A stretch of 63,585 nt of DNA, the filler included, from Craspedostauros australis (taxonomy: Eukaryota): the NCBI GenBank assembly GCA_030167865.1. It is 19 parts of 19 records of this genome, joined end to end, with 100 filler letters (N's around TTAATTAATTAA, not from the genome) between each part and the next. Parts side by side here need not be neighbours in the genome. Positions count along the whole stretch, not along the records: positions 23,350 to 32,360 come from JALAGF010001140.1; positions 32,461 to 38,337 come from JALAGF010001143.1; 17 more parts are not named here. One strand, 5' to 3'. Within the stretch, counting starts at the first letter, position 1. Each line of letters opens with the position of its first letter. The position numbers and the translations under genes are program-made. The notes under the pieces were generated by a model. It searched no databases and was not told the DNA's origin. It saw only the letters and a list, made by a program, of their open reading frames with translations. Positions 25,390 through 37,593 of the stretch are shown piece by piece.

Positions 25390-27009
25390 ATGCCGAGTGT
25401 TACTAACCAACAACTCATTGATGCTGCCAGGGCAGGTGACTTGTGGGTGTTGAAGGAATGGAAGAAACAGAACAAGACGCAGAATGAAGGAGGTGATGTC
25501 AACAAGGTTACAGGCTGGGATGGTTGGATTCCCCTTCATCAGGCATGCCTGTGTGGCCAGCTGGGGTGTGTGAACTATCGCATCGAATCAGGTGGGGCGA
25601 ACATCAACTGTAAAACCAAAAATGGCGACACTCCCCTTCATAAAGCTTGCTCCAACGGCCACCTGGAGTGTGTGAAGTACCTCATCGAATCATGTGAGGC
25701 AGACATCAACTGCAAAAACAACAATGGTTCCACTCCCCTTCATCTGGCATGCAACAACGGCCACCTGGAGTGTGCCAAGTACCTCATCGAATCATGCAGG
25801 GCTGACATCAACTGCAAAGACAACAATGGTGACACTCCCCTTCATCAGGCGTGCCACAGCAGCCACCTGGAGTGTGTGAAGTACCTCATCGAATCAGGTG
25901 AGGCGGACATCAACGTCGAAAACAACGTTGGATCCACTCCTCTTCATTGGGCATGCTCCAAAGGCCACCTGGAGTATGTGAAGTACCTCATCGAATCATG
26001 TGAGGCGAACATCAACTGCAAAACCATCTATGGTGACACTCCTCTTCATCGAGCATGCCACAACGGCCAGCTGGAGTGTGTCAAGTACCTCATTGAATCA
26101 TGTGAGGCGAACATCAACTGCGAAGACAAATATGGTTGGACTCCCCTTCATCGGGCATGCCAATTTGGCCAGCTGGAGTGTGCGAAGTACCTCATCGAAT
26201 CAGGTGAGGCAAACATCAACTGCGAAAACAACTATGGAAACACTCCCCTTCATCGGGCATGCCAATTTGGCCAGCTGGAGTGTGTGAAGTACCTCATCGA
26301 ATCAGGTGAGGCGAACATCAACTGCAAAACCAACGATGGATCCACTCCTCTTCATCGGGCATGCCACAACGGCCACCTGGAGTGTGTGAAGTACCTCATC
26401 GAATCATGGGGGGCCGACGCCAACTGCAAAACCAACAACGGTTGGACTCCCCTTCATTGGGCATGCCACAACGGCAAGCTGGAGTGTGTGAAGTACCTCA
26501 TCGAATCAGGTGGGGCCGACGCCAACCACAAAGACAACGATGGTTCCACTCCCCTTCATCGGGCATGCTCTGAGGGCCATTCTGAATGCGTGGAGTACCT
26601 CATCGCATCAGCCAATGCCGATATCGACATCCAAAACAATAACAACAAAACCCCCCTTGATGTGATTGGGACAAACAATCAAATCAACGTGATGAGATCG
26701 ATCATCCCTGGTCTCAGTCACCGCAGCTCGGAACTGCGACAGCAGTTGAAAGAGAACGAGCAGGAGAATGAGCAACTGCGGCAGCAGTTGGAACGGGAGG
26801 AGGAAGAAAAGAAACAGAAGGCACAAGAGAATGAACAACTGCAGCAACAATTGGAACATCAGCTGAAGCGGAAGGAAGAAGAGAATGAACATTTGCGACA
26901 ACAGTTGAGACAGCAGTTGAAGCGAAAGAAGAAAGAGAATGAACACAAACACAGTAGCCACAAGAGGACCAGCATCAGCATTGGAGAAGACCGGCTCAGA
27001 TCCGTCTAA
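25390..27009 (+). CDS. Ankyrin-repeat protein (11 near-identical 34-aa repeats) with a coiled coil
   Basis: G.TPLH.AC..G.LECVKYLIES repeats at a 102-bp period (25522-26643), followed by a Q/E/K-rich heptad region. Confidence 0.92.
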   Translation: MPSVTNQQLIDAARAGDLWVLKEWKKQNKTQNEGGDVNKVTGWDGWIPLHQACLCGQLGCVNYRIESGGANINCKTKNGDTPLHKACSNGHLECVKYLIESCEADINCKNNNGSTPLHLACNNGHLECAKYLIESCRADINCKDNNGDTPLHQACHSSHLECVKYLIESGEADINVENNVGSTPLHWACSKGHLEYVKYLIESCEANINCKTIYGDTPLHRACHNGQLECVKYLIESCEANINCEDKYGWTPLHRACQFGQLECAKYLIESGEANINCENNYGNTPLHRACQFGQLECVKYLIESGEANINCKTNDGSTPLHRACHNGHLECVKYLIESWGADANCKTNNGWTPLHWACHNGKLECVKYLIESGGADANHKDNDGSTPLHRACSEGHSECVEYLIASANADIDIQNNNNKTPLDVIGTNNQINVMRSIIPGLSHRSSELRQQLKENEQENEQLRQQLEREEEEKKQKAQENEQLQQQLEHQLKRKEEENEHLRQQLRQQLKRKKKENEHKHSSHKRTSISIGEDRLRSV

Positions 27010-27909
27010 ACCGAGAACAGGGCAGACAACATCTTCTTGTGTGGGCAGGACGACCAACAAGCAATCAAGGCAAACTCCAGAGTCCTCATGGCCACTGTTC
27101 CATCCATGCAGACACTGATCAACTCTGGAGTCCAAAATCAATGCGCTCACAATGGTGCTCAAGATAGAACTGAACCCATCCAAACAACCATCCCTCTTCC
27201 CAACCTTCAACCAAAACACGTCCGATACGTCCTCCAATGCATCTACACAGGCGAGATATCCTTCGACGACAACACTCATGATGGCAACGCCAATGCAGAT
27301 GCCTCTCACCAGCCAGCTCCCACCCTCAATGGACAGGATGATCTGCAACAGCTGATCCTTGTGGCCAACGAGTTCGGCTTCTGGCGACTCAAGCTTATTC
27401 TTGAAGCGGAGTTAACCTGCAAGCATCTCACAGAGGACACCATGATAGATGTGTTGATATTCTCCCATCAACACAACTGTGTGGTGTTGAAGGATGCGGC
27501 AATGAGAATGGCAGCTGAAAGTGAGAAAGATATGTTCACTCATCTAGATTTAAGTAACCTGATTCTACATCAGCAACTGATGAGAGGTATTCATGTCCTC
27601 TGCAGTGGGAGAGTGGAGGGTGATGGTATTGATGATGAGTACAGTCGTATGTCCATGATGGAGCTGTACAAAGTCATGGATGAGGATGAGGGTACAGCAC
27701 AAATGGATTCATGCATGGATCGGGCGACATTAGTGGACCTCATCCGCTCTATGAGTACCAATCGATCCAAAATGATTGAGACGGACGGCGCTGCCACTGA
27801 TGACTTGAATCCAGACCGCACCTCGGGCCATGACATGCCTTATCATTGCTGTTGGCGCTGCAATTTCCCATGTCCCAAGCCCATCTTTACTCCGGAGCAA
27901 TTGGTTTGA
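27010..27909 (+). pseudogene. BTB/POZ domain continuing in frame from the ankyrin ORF after one TAA
   Basis: LRSV*TENRADNIFLCG..IKANSRVL..VLQCIYTGEI..LILVANEF..LKLILE..LKDAAM is a BTB plus helical tail pattern in the same frame as 25390. Confidence 0.75.
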
Positions 27910-28393
27910 TATCTTCCTTTCTGATGTCGCTGAGCAATGCGGCACGTTGGAGATCGCTGTTCGTTGCCGCTTGTCATTCATCATCAGCATCATTGGCATC
28001 ATCATCGTCTCTTGCAATGGTCGCCTTCGTTGATTCTGGTTGGCGTACCATATTTTTGCGGAGCCGCTGCTTGCTTGACTATTTCACTGCTTCATTTCTT
28101 CATTGCTTGGCGGAAGACGTCCCAGCGTTGGCTGATACCTCCATCAATGCAAACATAGTCATGCCATTTCATCTCTCTTGCTCTCTCTCTCTTTCTCTCT
28201 TTGTGTTGATGTTGTTTGATGGATCGTGGTCGCAAAATCGAAGATTCGTTGTTTTGGGTGGTGTCAAGAATTGTTGGCGTGTTTGGTGAGTACTCGTCTG
28301 TCTGCCATCCGTAGTTCATTCAACCAGTGACGCACACGCTGACGACCAACATCACCACTGCGTTGTCTGCATTCGACGCAACTCTGTTCGACG

Positions 28394-30790
28394 ATGGTGA
28401 TGGCGATGGCAACCACTCCAATGAAGTCGCATCCCTTCACAATTGGTACCACCACCAACAACACAAGCACAAACAATCAGACAATCAGACAAGATGATGA
28501 GACATCGACATCCAAGAGGATCTGTGGGAAGGCTCGCCAGTTGCTCCGCATCTTGACCCACCCGTTGTACAACTATGAGTATGGAACCTCCCTTGAGTAT
28601 GATCTACTCTGGGAGTTGCCACAGCAAAGCGTCCAGCCTGACACTCTGTTCGAACCTTCGTCCAGCCCGTGCGGTCATGTGATCATGACGATCGAAGTTG
28701 CTGGAAGAGGACGGTGTCAAACTGATAGCAGAGAAACAAACGGAGACCAAGCAACCGCAACAGGCCAACACGAAATCGAAGGCGAGCAAGCCCACAAGCG
28801 TCGCCAAAGAGGCCAAAGCAGCTGCAAAATCAGGTCGTCGTGCGAGTGTCAGCACAGATACACCAAGCAGCGCCAACAGAAGTACAGCCAAAGATGCGAA
28901 AGCTTCGGCTGTGAAACGATCACATGCGAAGAGTCTGGACATGCTCAACATGCAAGCTCACGAGATGTCATTCAGCTCCCTTGATCCCAGCAAGTTCATC
29001 AACAACGAACCGATACCGGTGCCAAACACCCCAGGTGGACTCAGCTTCGCCACAGCCCCAGCACTTGGCGCAACCCGCGAATGGAGCAGTCAAGACAAGA
29101 CGAAGCTTGCCCAGAGTCGGAGACGCAGGCCAAGGACACAAACGAATTCCAACGGAACGACCAGCAGCGCCACATCGAGGAGCAACAGTTTGGAATTCTC
29201 TCAGGACGGACACCACATGCCAGGCACATCAGATACACCAGTCACAACAGGTTCGATGAGTGCAGCCAGCACCCTGGCTGTATCTCTAGTTGCGACAACG
29301 GAGACGTCTCGCAGCAAGAGCCTGGAGTCACTGACCAATCTGCCAAGTCTCCACAACGATGACGACAGCGCCGGCGTTGCGACAAGTGCTGCTGCAACGA
29401 ACGGTGGGAGAAGCTCTGTGGCCCCTGTCACGCCTGGAGGTCGGAGCGCGGCATCTACACCAGCCTCCTTTCCCTTCAGCCACATACATGAAAGAGGCAA
29501 CAGTCTTCGTCGTTGAACAAGCGCAGGTCGACGTTGGCAAGCATCCTCAAGATCAAATCATCATCATTACGTGAAGTATCGTTGACCAGTCCTCCCAAAT
29601 CGAAGCAACGGCCATCTCTCGAATCCCGACCATTGCAATTGGCCGATCTTGCCTTGACTGAAGCATCCGCAAAGGCGCCATCATCGCCGTCGCCACCGTC
29701 ATCATCATCACAGTCCAAATCCAAACTCAATCTGCAACAGTTCGAACGCAACCACGGAGGTGTCTCGGCCACAACCCCAAGCCCATCCAGTCCTGGAGCC
29801 TTGAGTTTGGGAATCGAATTGCAATCGAGCAAGAAGGAACGAGGGGCTCCTTCTCGCAACAGATCTGCATGCAGTTCGTTGCGCTCAAGTGAAGACTCAA
29901 AGCAACGACGTTCACGCGAATGAAGCACGGATGCTCTGCGCGATGAGATCAAGGAAAGGATCTCCAAGGTGCTTGGCGATGGGGCCCCGACGTCACCACT
30001 CCAGCAAAACAAGAGACGTGTCATCGCCATTGATATTACCATCGAGATCACCGTCTCCACGGCATCGGCGGAGAAGCGCACTGCACACCAGCGGCAAGCT
30101 GCATTCAACATCGTCAAGATCAAAGAGTGTGGAGCATTCGACATCATTGAGTCATCGTCGCGACAGAGAAATTCACACATCCTCCTCTGGAAGAAGCTGC
30201 CGCTCGCCATCGGCGCGGAGTCGTCGAAGCTCGTCCGATCGCGGCCGCAGAAGAACTGCGCAAGTATCGATGGACTCATCGCCATCATCACGGCGACAAC
30301 GAACATCTGGCAGTTCGGATGATATGAACGCAGCCTCACGTTCACGCGAAACCAACTCAAATGCGCATTCCACCGGTACTGTTTTGCAACGGCGCAAGGG
30401 CTCACCTTCCCGAAAGCATGACCGAGGAAGTTCACGAAGACCAAATCAATGTGGCCATAGCCAATCGACACCACGTGGCGAAGATGGGCGAAGATCAGCG
30501 AAGGAGGTTCTCCGATGAACGATCACCATCGGCGCGACAACGAAACAGATCAAGAGGATATCGAAATTACAGCGTCGAACGGCATAGCAATGAGAGAGAT
30601 GAAGATGGACGGCATTGCAACAAACATTCGTCATCACGCGGGGCCCTTCAATCAAATCGCCGTGGACGAAGCAGATCGTCAACTCGCGATGCTGTCTACC
30701 ATGAGAAGATGTCTGGCACAAAGCCACTGCAACTCACATAATAGAAAGTGGTCAGGAGAAAGAGCGCGTCTCAGTGCCACCATCCCTTGA
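28394..30790 (+). pseudogene. Fragmented Ser/Arg-rich low-complexity gene
   Basis: A chain of overlapping + strand ORFs of similar composition alternates between two frames, with an internal TGA at 29921-29923. No domain recognised. Confidence 0.4.
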
Positions 30791-32460
30791 TGAATGGTAC
30801 CAAAACTCCCACCCCGTGATGCATCACGACACGATGGGATGGAATGAGATGGAGGGGCCGCTCCGTANNNNNNNNNNNNNNNNNNNNNNNNNNNNNNNNN
30901 NNNNNNNNNNNATGTAATACACCTACGAATAAACTGTACTTCTCTACGTATGTTTGGAACAGTACCGCATACACTATATCTGCTTGTGCAATAGAACACT
31001 GTGATGAAGGCACCGGATGTTTCAAGAGATTGAAGGGCTGGATACTGCTCCCACACTGCCTCCGCCTTGTCTACGACTAGTCTGGTGCGCCCTCTGCGGT
31101 ACAAACGCACACAAGGATGTTGCCGATGTCATTCACAAGCAGATTGGACGTCCGTGGTTCCATCCGCACTCTGCCATGAGCATCGTTGTTGGTTCGTTGC
31201 GCAGACAAAGGACGAATGGCAGCAGCATTATCACAAGCCGTGCGGTCGTCACCATGCCGCCGGATTCACACCCAGTGCACTCTACTCCAAGTCACACTGC
31301 CAAGCAGATTCAAAGCGATAGTGCCGATGCCAGCCGATCCAAGTTTCTGGAAGAGACGATCTACGAAGAACACATGGCGAGCAAGGCAGAGAGAAATGGT
31401 GAGAAGCCGCAAGGAGCATGGTTGCTGTGCGGTTCCATCGACCGTCTCGTATCACGCTATCGTTCTCATCTCACCAGGAGTTGCACTCCCGCCATTGTGC
31501 CAGAACTGCAGTCGAGACCCTCACCAAGTCTCAGGAGGAGCCATCACTCACGGTTACAGCAACAAATGCCAGGGTCACCATCCATTCCAATCTTCGAAGC
31601 GACCAGAGTCAGCGTGGCGGAAAGACAGGAACCAACGAGCTAGCGCAGTCCAAACATCCAACCAGCTTGGCGAGCAAAAGAAGAGACCAACGAATCAACC
31701 AACGAACCAACGAGCAACCCCATGCAGAGTGCGAATATTGTATTGCGGATCATGGCTGACACAGAGATCCATTTTGGTACAAGAATCACACGGCCAGCAA
31801 TCCATGGTCCATGGATACCGTACACCTACATATCCTCCTTTGTGGTGCTCCCAACTTCGTTCGTGAGGCGGATGTTCCTGTCGATCACCTCTGTTGAGCA
31901 TCGATGCTCTGGAAGTCACGAGCCAAGACGGCGGCACTCATGCCTATGGATAGAATGCGCATGGTGTTGTGTGTTGGTGGTCCGTGTGGCAGGAACAGTG
32001 GAGGCGGCACAGTATCACTCTGCTTGTTGATTGCTGAACGTGTCAACTCATCCCAATACGCAATGTGGTGTTGGTTTGATGTTGAGGACTCTTGTTGCCT
32101 GTGCGGATGGTGATTGTTGCAATGCGGTGGGATGGCAACCAGCCAAATCCAAATGAGATGGGTTGCAACCAACGAAGGCAATCACATTGGTGGCTTCATC
32201 GGCGGCTTCATGGTTGTTCGAGGCATTGGCTCACACCTCAAGTTGATGCTTGCGATGGCAGGCGGACGAGGGTCAGTGGTCTTGCAGATGCCACGATGAC
32301 GCAAGCAAGCGTGGGCCATGGTGCACATGGTGGTGGCGGCGGTGGTGGCGACGATGACAGNNNNNNNNNNNNNNNNNNNNNNNNNNNNNNNNNNNNNNNN
32401 NNNNTTAATTAATTAANNNNNNNNNNNNNNNNNNNNNNNNNNNNNNNNNNNNNNNNNNNN

Positions 32461-32847
32461 CCACCGCCCCCACCTGCCTCCAAATCCAAGCGAAACAAGA
32501 AGCGTGGCGGCAACAAGAAATCTGCCGCATTGTCCTCCATGCTGGACGGCAGCGATTCTCGCAAACGCAAACAAACACACAAACAAACACGCCCCAACGT
32601 CATCATCAACGAGAAACGAATGAAGAAGACGGCCAACGTCTTCATGCTGGGCGACGTCCCTTTCCCGTACAAATCTCGCGAGGAATACGAGCTGGCCATG
32701 GCAGGCGGCATGGGCAAGGAATGGAACGTGGGAAGCTCCGTCAAGGACATGACGCGACCGGAAATCCTGAAGCGATCTGGCAAGATCATCCAACCAATCT
32801 CAAAGGGCAAGAAACTTGCCACCGCCAGAGGTCCGGCGAAGTTCTAG
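32461..32847 (+). CDS. UTP14: U3 snoRNP / SSU processome protein Utp14, C-terminal part
   Basis: NVIINEKRMKK..VPFPYKSREEYE..GKEWN..RPEILKRSGKIIQPI. Open from the contig edge and ends TAG. Confidence 0.9.
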   Translation, partial: PPPPPASKSKRNKKRGGNKKSAALSSMLDGSDSRKRKQTHKQTRPNVIINEKRMKKTANVFMLGDVPFPYKSREEYELAMAGGMGKEWNVGSSVKDMTRPEILKRSGKIIQPISKGKKLATARGPAKF

Positions 32848-34005
32848 ACGCATGCATTATATAACAATACTGAATTACTCCACAATACTCAGCAGAGGAG
32901 CGAGAGCACTCACACGTACGACTATCACATTTGGTCATCTCCACAATGAGGTTCGCGGGCACACTTGCAGTGCTGGCCACACATACTCTCCTCTGGTCCC
33001 TCAAGACCGTGGAGGCAACGCAACCACCAAGGCAGGACGAAGTCGGCAAGCGAGGCTTTCGAGATGCAGGTGCAGGTGACTGCGTCAGGATTCACATCGA
33101 CATCCGTCACAAATCTCCAGTTTCATGTCAGCATGACGCCCAACGACATGAAACGAAATGAAATACCACACCATCCTGCACCATCCCACATGATGGAAGA
33201 GAGAGGCGGTGAGCCATGACAAAGTCGTGGACAGCCATCGCTTCCATGGCCAACCTGTGGCGGTATCTTTGGTGTCTGTTTCATGACCAACTCGAATGCT
33301 ATCCAGATCGTTGGACATCAGCATCGACATCAACATCGACACCACAAAAGATCTAAGGATCCAAAGGCTGGATGAAGGCCAACTCTTGGTTCTGCCATGA
33401 TGCTTGTGCCCAAGATGCTACTTGCACCACTCCAACTGCGAAATGCATCCACATCCGCATCTGCACGCGCAACCAGATCCACCTCCGCGCCATCGTCATT
33501 GTCAAGCAGCATACCTGATAATAGATGCCCCCTCATGAACATCATGGACATCATGTGGGCACAAGAGAGGGATGGTTGATGGATCTCAATCCCCTCCGCG
33601 TGACAGAAGCAGGAGCCACGAGAGGACCTCACTCAGCTGCCAAAGAAACGATGGCACACAGCGTGTGAATGAGCTGATTGGAGATGGACGAGAGCACTCA
33701 AATCAGATCAAATTGGATGTGCGGCACTCCACAATAGCGCTGCCATTTTTCACCCTTCGTTGCCATTCTTAACCATTCGTCACCATACCATGGACCATAC
33801 TTCACATTATTTTAACAGAGTAGTTGAAGTGCGATGGATCTCATCCGGCTTCTTCCATCTCTCATTTGGAGCTTGGCATGTTTCTCATGGGCAGTATTTC
33901 AAGTCCCTAATTTGCCTCTTCCTGCTCAACACCTTCATCTCTGCAGTCCCAGCCTGGTCGCCTTTGCCATCATCATCGTCACTACCCATTGGCAGGACCG
34001 ACCAT

Positions 34006-36264
34006 CTATTCAAACAATGCCAACATCCTCCCATCGCGACCTTCCTCTTGTGCACATTGCAACGGCGTATCACCACTCTTGTTCTGAATGTGCGGATCGA
34101 TCATCTCCAACGTCATCAGATACTCAACCACTTCCAAATACTCGCCTTTCACAGCACAGTACAGCACCGTATCTCCCTCATCATTCGCCATGTTCACATC
34201 CACATCCACCTTGTTCGATTCGACCAACAGTTTCATCTTCTCAGCTCGTATCTTGTGATCATCACTCTCGCTCTCACTTTCACACCCATGCTCAGATACA
34301 TTTCTATCTGCTCCTTTGCAAATACAGTGCAATGCTGTATCACCGCTGCTGTTTCGCAACGTGGCATCCACTGAGTCACATCCGATCAGATTCCGAAGGA
34401 CAGAAACATCGCCCTTCTTGCATGCGAGATGGAGGAGCGTGGTGCCATCATGATTCTGAATGTTCGCGATTGCTGTGACATTCTCCAACAGCTGTTGCAT
34501 GATGTCCACATCACCAACGGTATCACCATCATCAACATCATCATGGTTGTGCTTGTTGGAGAGATCGATGAGGTTGGTTGTGGCAATGATTTGATGTTGA
34601 ATGAAATCGAAGACGTGACGAAGCCTGGCGGTGTGATTGAAGGTGAAGAGCAAGCCCCTGTTGAATGCAATGTGAAGAGGTGTGTCACCATGTTTGTTTT
34701 GGACGTTGAGGCTTGCATCGGTCTTGCGTGACTGGAGCAATTCCTTGATGAAGCTTCGCCTATTTCTCAAGCAAGCAATGTGGAGAGGCGTATTCCCATG
34801 GTTGTTTTGGATATCGTTGGTGTTGTCGATGTCTGTATGGATGCCAATATCGTCGTTGTTGATGTTGAGCTCGTTGAAGTCCACCAAGCACCAAACGACA
34901 CGCCTGGACAGTGATGGTTGACCGCAAGCGATGTGGAGAGGCGTATTCCCATCGTTGTTCTGGGTGCGAAGCATGATGCTAGTGAGGGTACGATCATGAT
35001 TCATCAGATACTCAACCGCGTCGGGGGCCAGCCAATCCCTGAGAATGAGATGGAGCGGTGTATTCCCTTCGTTGTTTTGCATGCTCCCATTGGCGGTAGC
35101 GTTGGCATTGATGTTGCAGTTGCCGTTGATACCAAGCATGCTGTTGATGTCGATACGATCCGTTTCCATCAGACACACAATCAAATCTCTTTCCACCCAT
35201 AGGCAGGCAAAATGTAGCAGCGAATTGCCATTGCAGTTTGGTCCAATCACCTCAGGACGAACATCGAGTTCATCTAAATCCAACAAATATGCGATCATTT
35301 CCTTGTTCCCACTGCGACAAGCGCTATGGAGTGGAGTGTCCCCATTGTTGTTTCGGACGTTGACATCGATATCAACACCAATCCCATCCGACTCCATCAT
35401 GTACCTGACTATATCAATGTGACCGAACAGACATGCGACATGCAAAGGTGTGGAACCTTCCTTGTCCTGTTTGTTGATGTAAGCGTCAACGTTGATATGA
35501 CTCGATTGCACCAAGTATTCCAGCACATCGGGTCGTTCGCTCTGGCATGCGTGATGGATCAATGTGGAACCGTCATTGCCTTCCATGGTGATGGACACTT
35601 GGCCGGATTCCAACAAATACTTCGCGGTCTCAGCGTTGCTGTTTCCGCAGGCACAATGAAGCACAGTCTGGCCTTTGTTGTCTTTGATATTGACATCCAC
35701 GTCGATTCGATCGGATTCCATCAGATACTCAACAATGGCTTTGTGTCCATTCCAGCCAGCAAGGCAGAGTGGTGTTTGACCACTGTTGGATTTGATGTTG
35801 GCATCCACCTCGATTTCATTCGATTCCACCAAGTATTCAACGATGCTCTTGTGCCCATTCGAGCAAGCATGATGAAATGGCGTGCGCCCTTGCTTGTTTT
35901 GGAGATTGACATCCACATCGATTCGATCAGACTCCACCAGATACTTTACGATCGCCCTGGTTCCACGACAACATGCACGATGAAATACAGTTTCGCCGTC
36001 CTCGTCTGCCGTATTGGAAGGGATGACCGCTCCGTCCGCATACGATTCAACCAGATCTTGAAGCTCTGTCAAGTTATGATTGATGCATGCATTCTCCACC
36101 TGTCTGATCCACTCACAGACGGCCTCGTCACTGCTTATAGTGCATTGATTCCATTGTGACGAAAGAGATGTATGGTTGGGAAGTCGAGGTTGAATTGGAC
36201 CAGAGGAGGAAAGCACCAGCACCAGCATCAGCACCAGTGTGAGTGACAAGTACAAGCACAACAA
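34006..36264 (-). CDS. Ankyrin-repeat protein with about 14 divergent repeats; ends possibly frameshifted
   Basis: Repeated G.TPLH.AC motifs through the 752-aa ORF. The start is uncertain, and the last repeat degenerates near 34060. Confidence 0.85.
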   Translation of the reverse strand: MLCLYLSLTLVLMLVLVLSSSGPIQPRLPNHTSLSSQWNQCTISSDEAVCEWIRQVENACINHNLTELQDLVESYADGAVIPSNTADEDGETVFHRACCRGTRAIVKYLVESDRIDVDVNLQNKQGRTPFHHACSNGHKSIVEYLVESNEIEVDANIKSNSGQTPLCLAGWNGHKAIVEYLMESDRIDVDVNIKDNKGQTVLHCACGNSNAETAKYLLESGQVSITMEGNDGSTLIHHACQSERPDVLEYLVQSSHINVDAYINKQDKEGSTPLHVACLFGHIDIVRYMMESDGIGVDIDVNVRNNNGDTPLHSACRSGNKEMIAYLLDLDELDVRPEVIGPNCNGNSLLHFACLWVERDLIVCLMETDRIDINSMLGINGNCNINANATANGSMQNNEGNTPLHLILRDWLAPDAVEYLMNHDRTLTSIMLRTQNNDGNTPLHIACGQPSLSRRVVWCLVDFNELNINNDDIGIHTDIDNTNDIQNNHGNTPLHIACLRNRRSFIKELLQSRKTDASLNVQNKHGDTPLHIAFNRGLLFTFNHTARLRHVFDFIQHQIIATTNLIDLSNKHNHDDVDDGDTVGDVDIMQQLLENVTAIANIQNHDGTTLLHLACKKGDVSVLRNLIGCDSVDATLRNSSGDTALHCICKGADRNVSEHGCESESESDDHKIRAEKMKLLVESNKVDVDVNMANDEGDTVLYCAVKGEYLEVVEYLMTLEMIDPHIQNKSGDTPLQCAQEEGRDGRMLALFE

Positions 36265-37593
36265 GGACGCTCATACACGCAGTCGCATTTGTGCACGCCT
36301 CGCAAGAGATGCGGCCAAACCAATCCAAACCAAACCAAGACAACTCACGCTTCCAATTGACCGCTGGACATGTTGATCGTTGTTCGTGTGATGCTTTTGA
36401 TCCTTTGTATGCTGCTGGTTGCGTGGGTGGCGTCGATTGGATGAATCACTCTCCGATTGTGACAAGAAGTGTACCGTCCAGTACCAATGATTGTCTTCTG
36501 TTTCCTGTCTGTGTGGCGAGCTGTTTTGACAGCAGAGACGAGATGACGAGCTGATCTGAGTGTTGTCGCATTCACCACACGACAACAATCCACCGTGATG
36601 TTGGTCGTGTGGGTGTCGCCACATCACCAACCATTCCTCATGCCATCTTTGGTGTCACGGCAAGAATGGAGACGACAGAATGGAATTCTCACATCATCAG
36701 AAGCACAGCCACCATTTCATGTCAGTTCTCGACACCGAAGAATCCGAACACTGACAAAGATCCAAAACAGAAGGACTCCTCGTTGGTGGTGTTGTCCGAT
36801 CCACACTGTACGTACATCTCCATCTCCATCTCCATTCGAATGGTCGCAGCCACCACCATCTAAAGCTCACTTCATGCTGCACGCTCCATCATCTGCTGTC
36901 TTCATACCATACGCATACGCATACGCATACGCATACTTGTGCGCCCAATCACTCAATCACTCAACCACTCAACCACTCAACCACTCAACGATTCAATCAC
37001 CATCTGGAACCAGTCAAGACAGGGATGAATCGAATGAGCAATGACATGTCGGTGGTTGGGATTGTTGACGCGCATCATGATGTTGCTGCCATGCAACACG
37101 GGCTTTGATGGGTGCAAAGGAGTGGCCAGCGGTTTCCATCCCCTCAGCAGCAGCACTGTCGGCAATGTTGCCAAGCCAGAGACATGGATCTGCACAACTC
37201 CGCCATCTTCAGGTTGCGGTGCGATTCTCCATGCTGGCGGCATCCTCCTGCGACTCCGAGCTGATAACAGAGGAAGGACACAAGCAGATCGATTCAGATG
37301 CGCAACTTCCACTCGAATCCGTGTACAGCGACGTTCTGTGGGAGAAGAGGATGGTGCACCATCACCCCAGGCGCATGATCCACTCATCCAAGGAACGATG
37401 GAGGTGGGAGATGCACCAATCCAACTGAAAGAAGATGGACTTTGGAATGACGAAATGAGGATGAGTACCAGTTTGGATGTACAGAAACAACTGGCCGACG
37501 ACAGAAGCGCACTTCACCACAGCGCGCAATATTGGAGAGCAATCGACAACGAGTACATCAATCAGTTGTACAAACAGCGTGGCATCAACGGAG

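Noticed and set aside
2723..27009. Several single in-frame TAA/TAG stops suggesting stop-codon reassignment
   Set aside because: Conserved genes end normally with TAG (UTP14), TAA (SIT, pol) and TGA (PPR, HA). The internal stops lie mostly in transposons.
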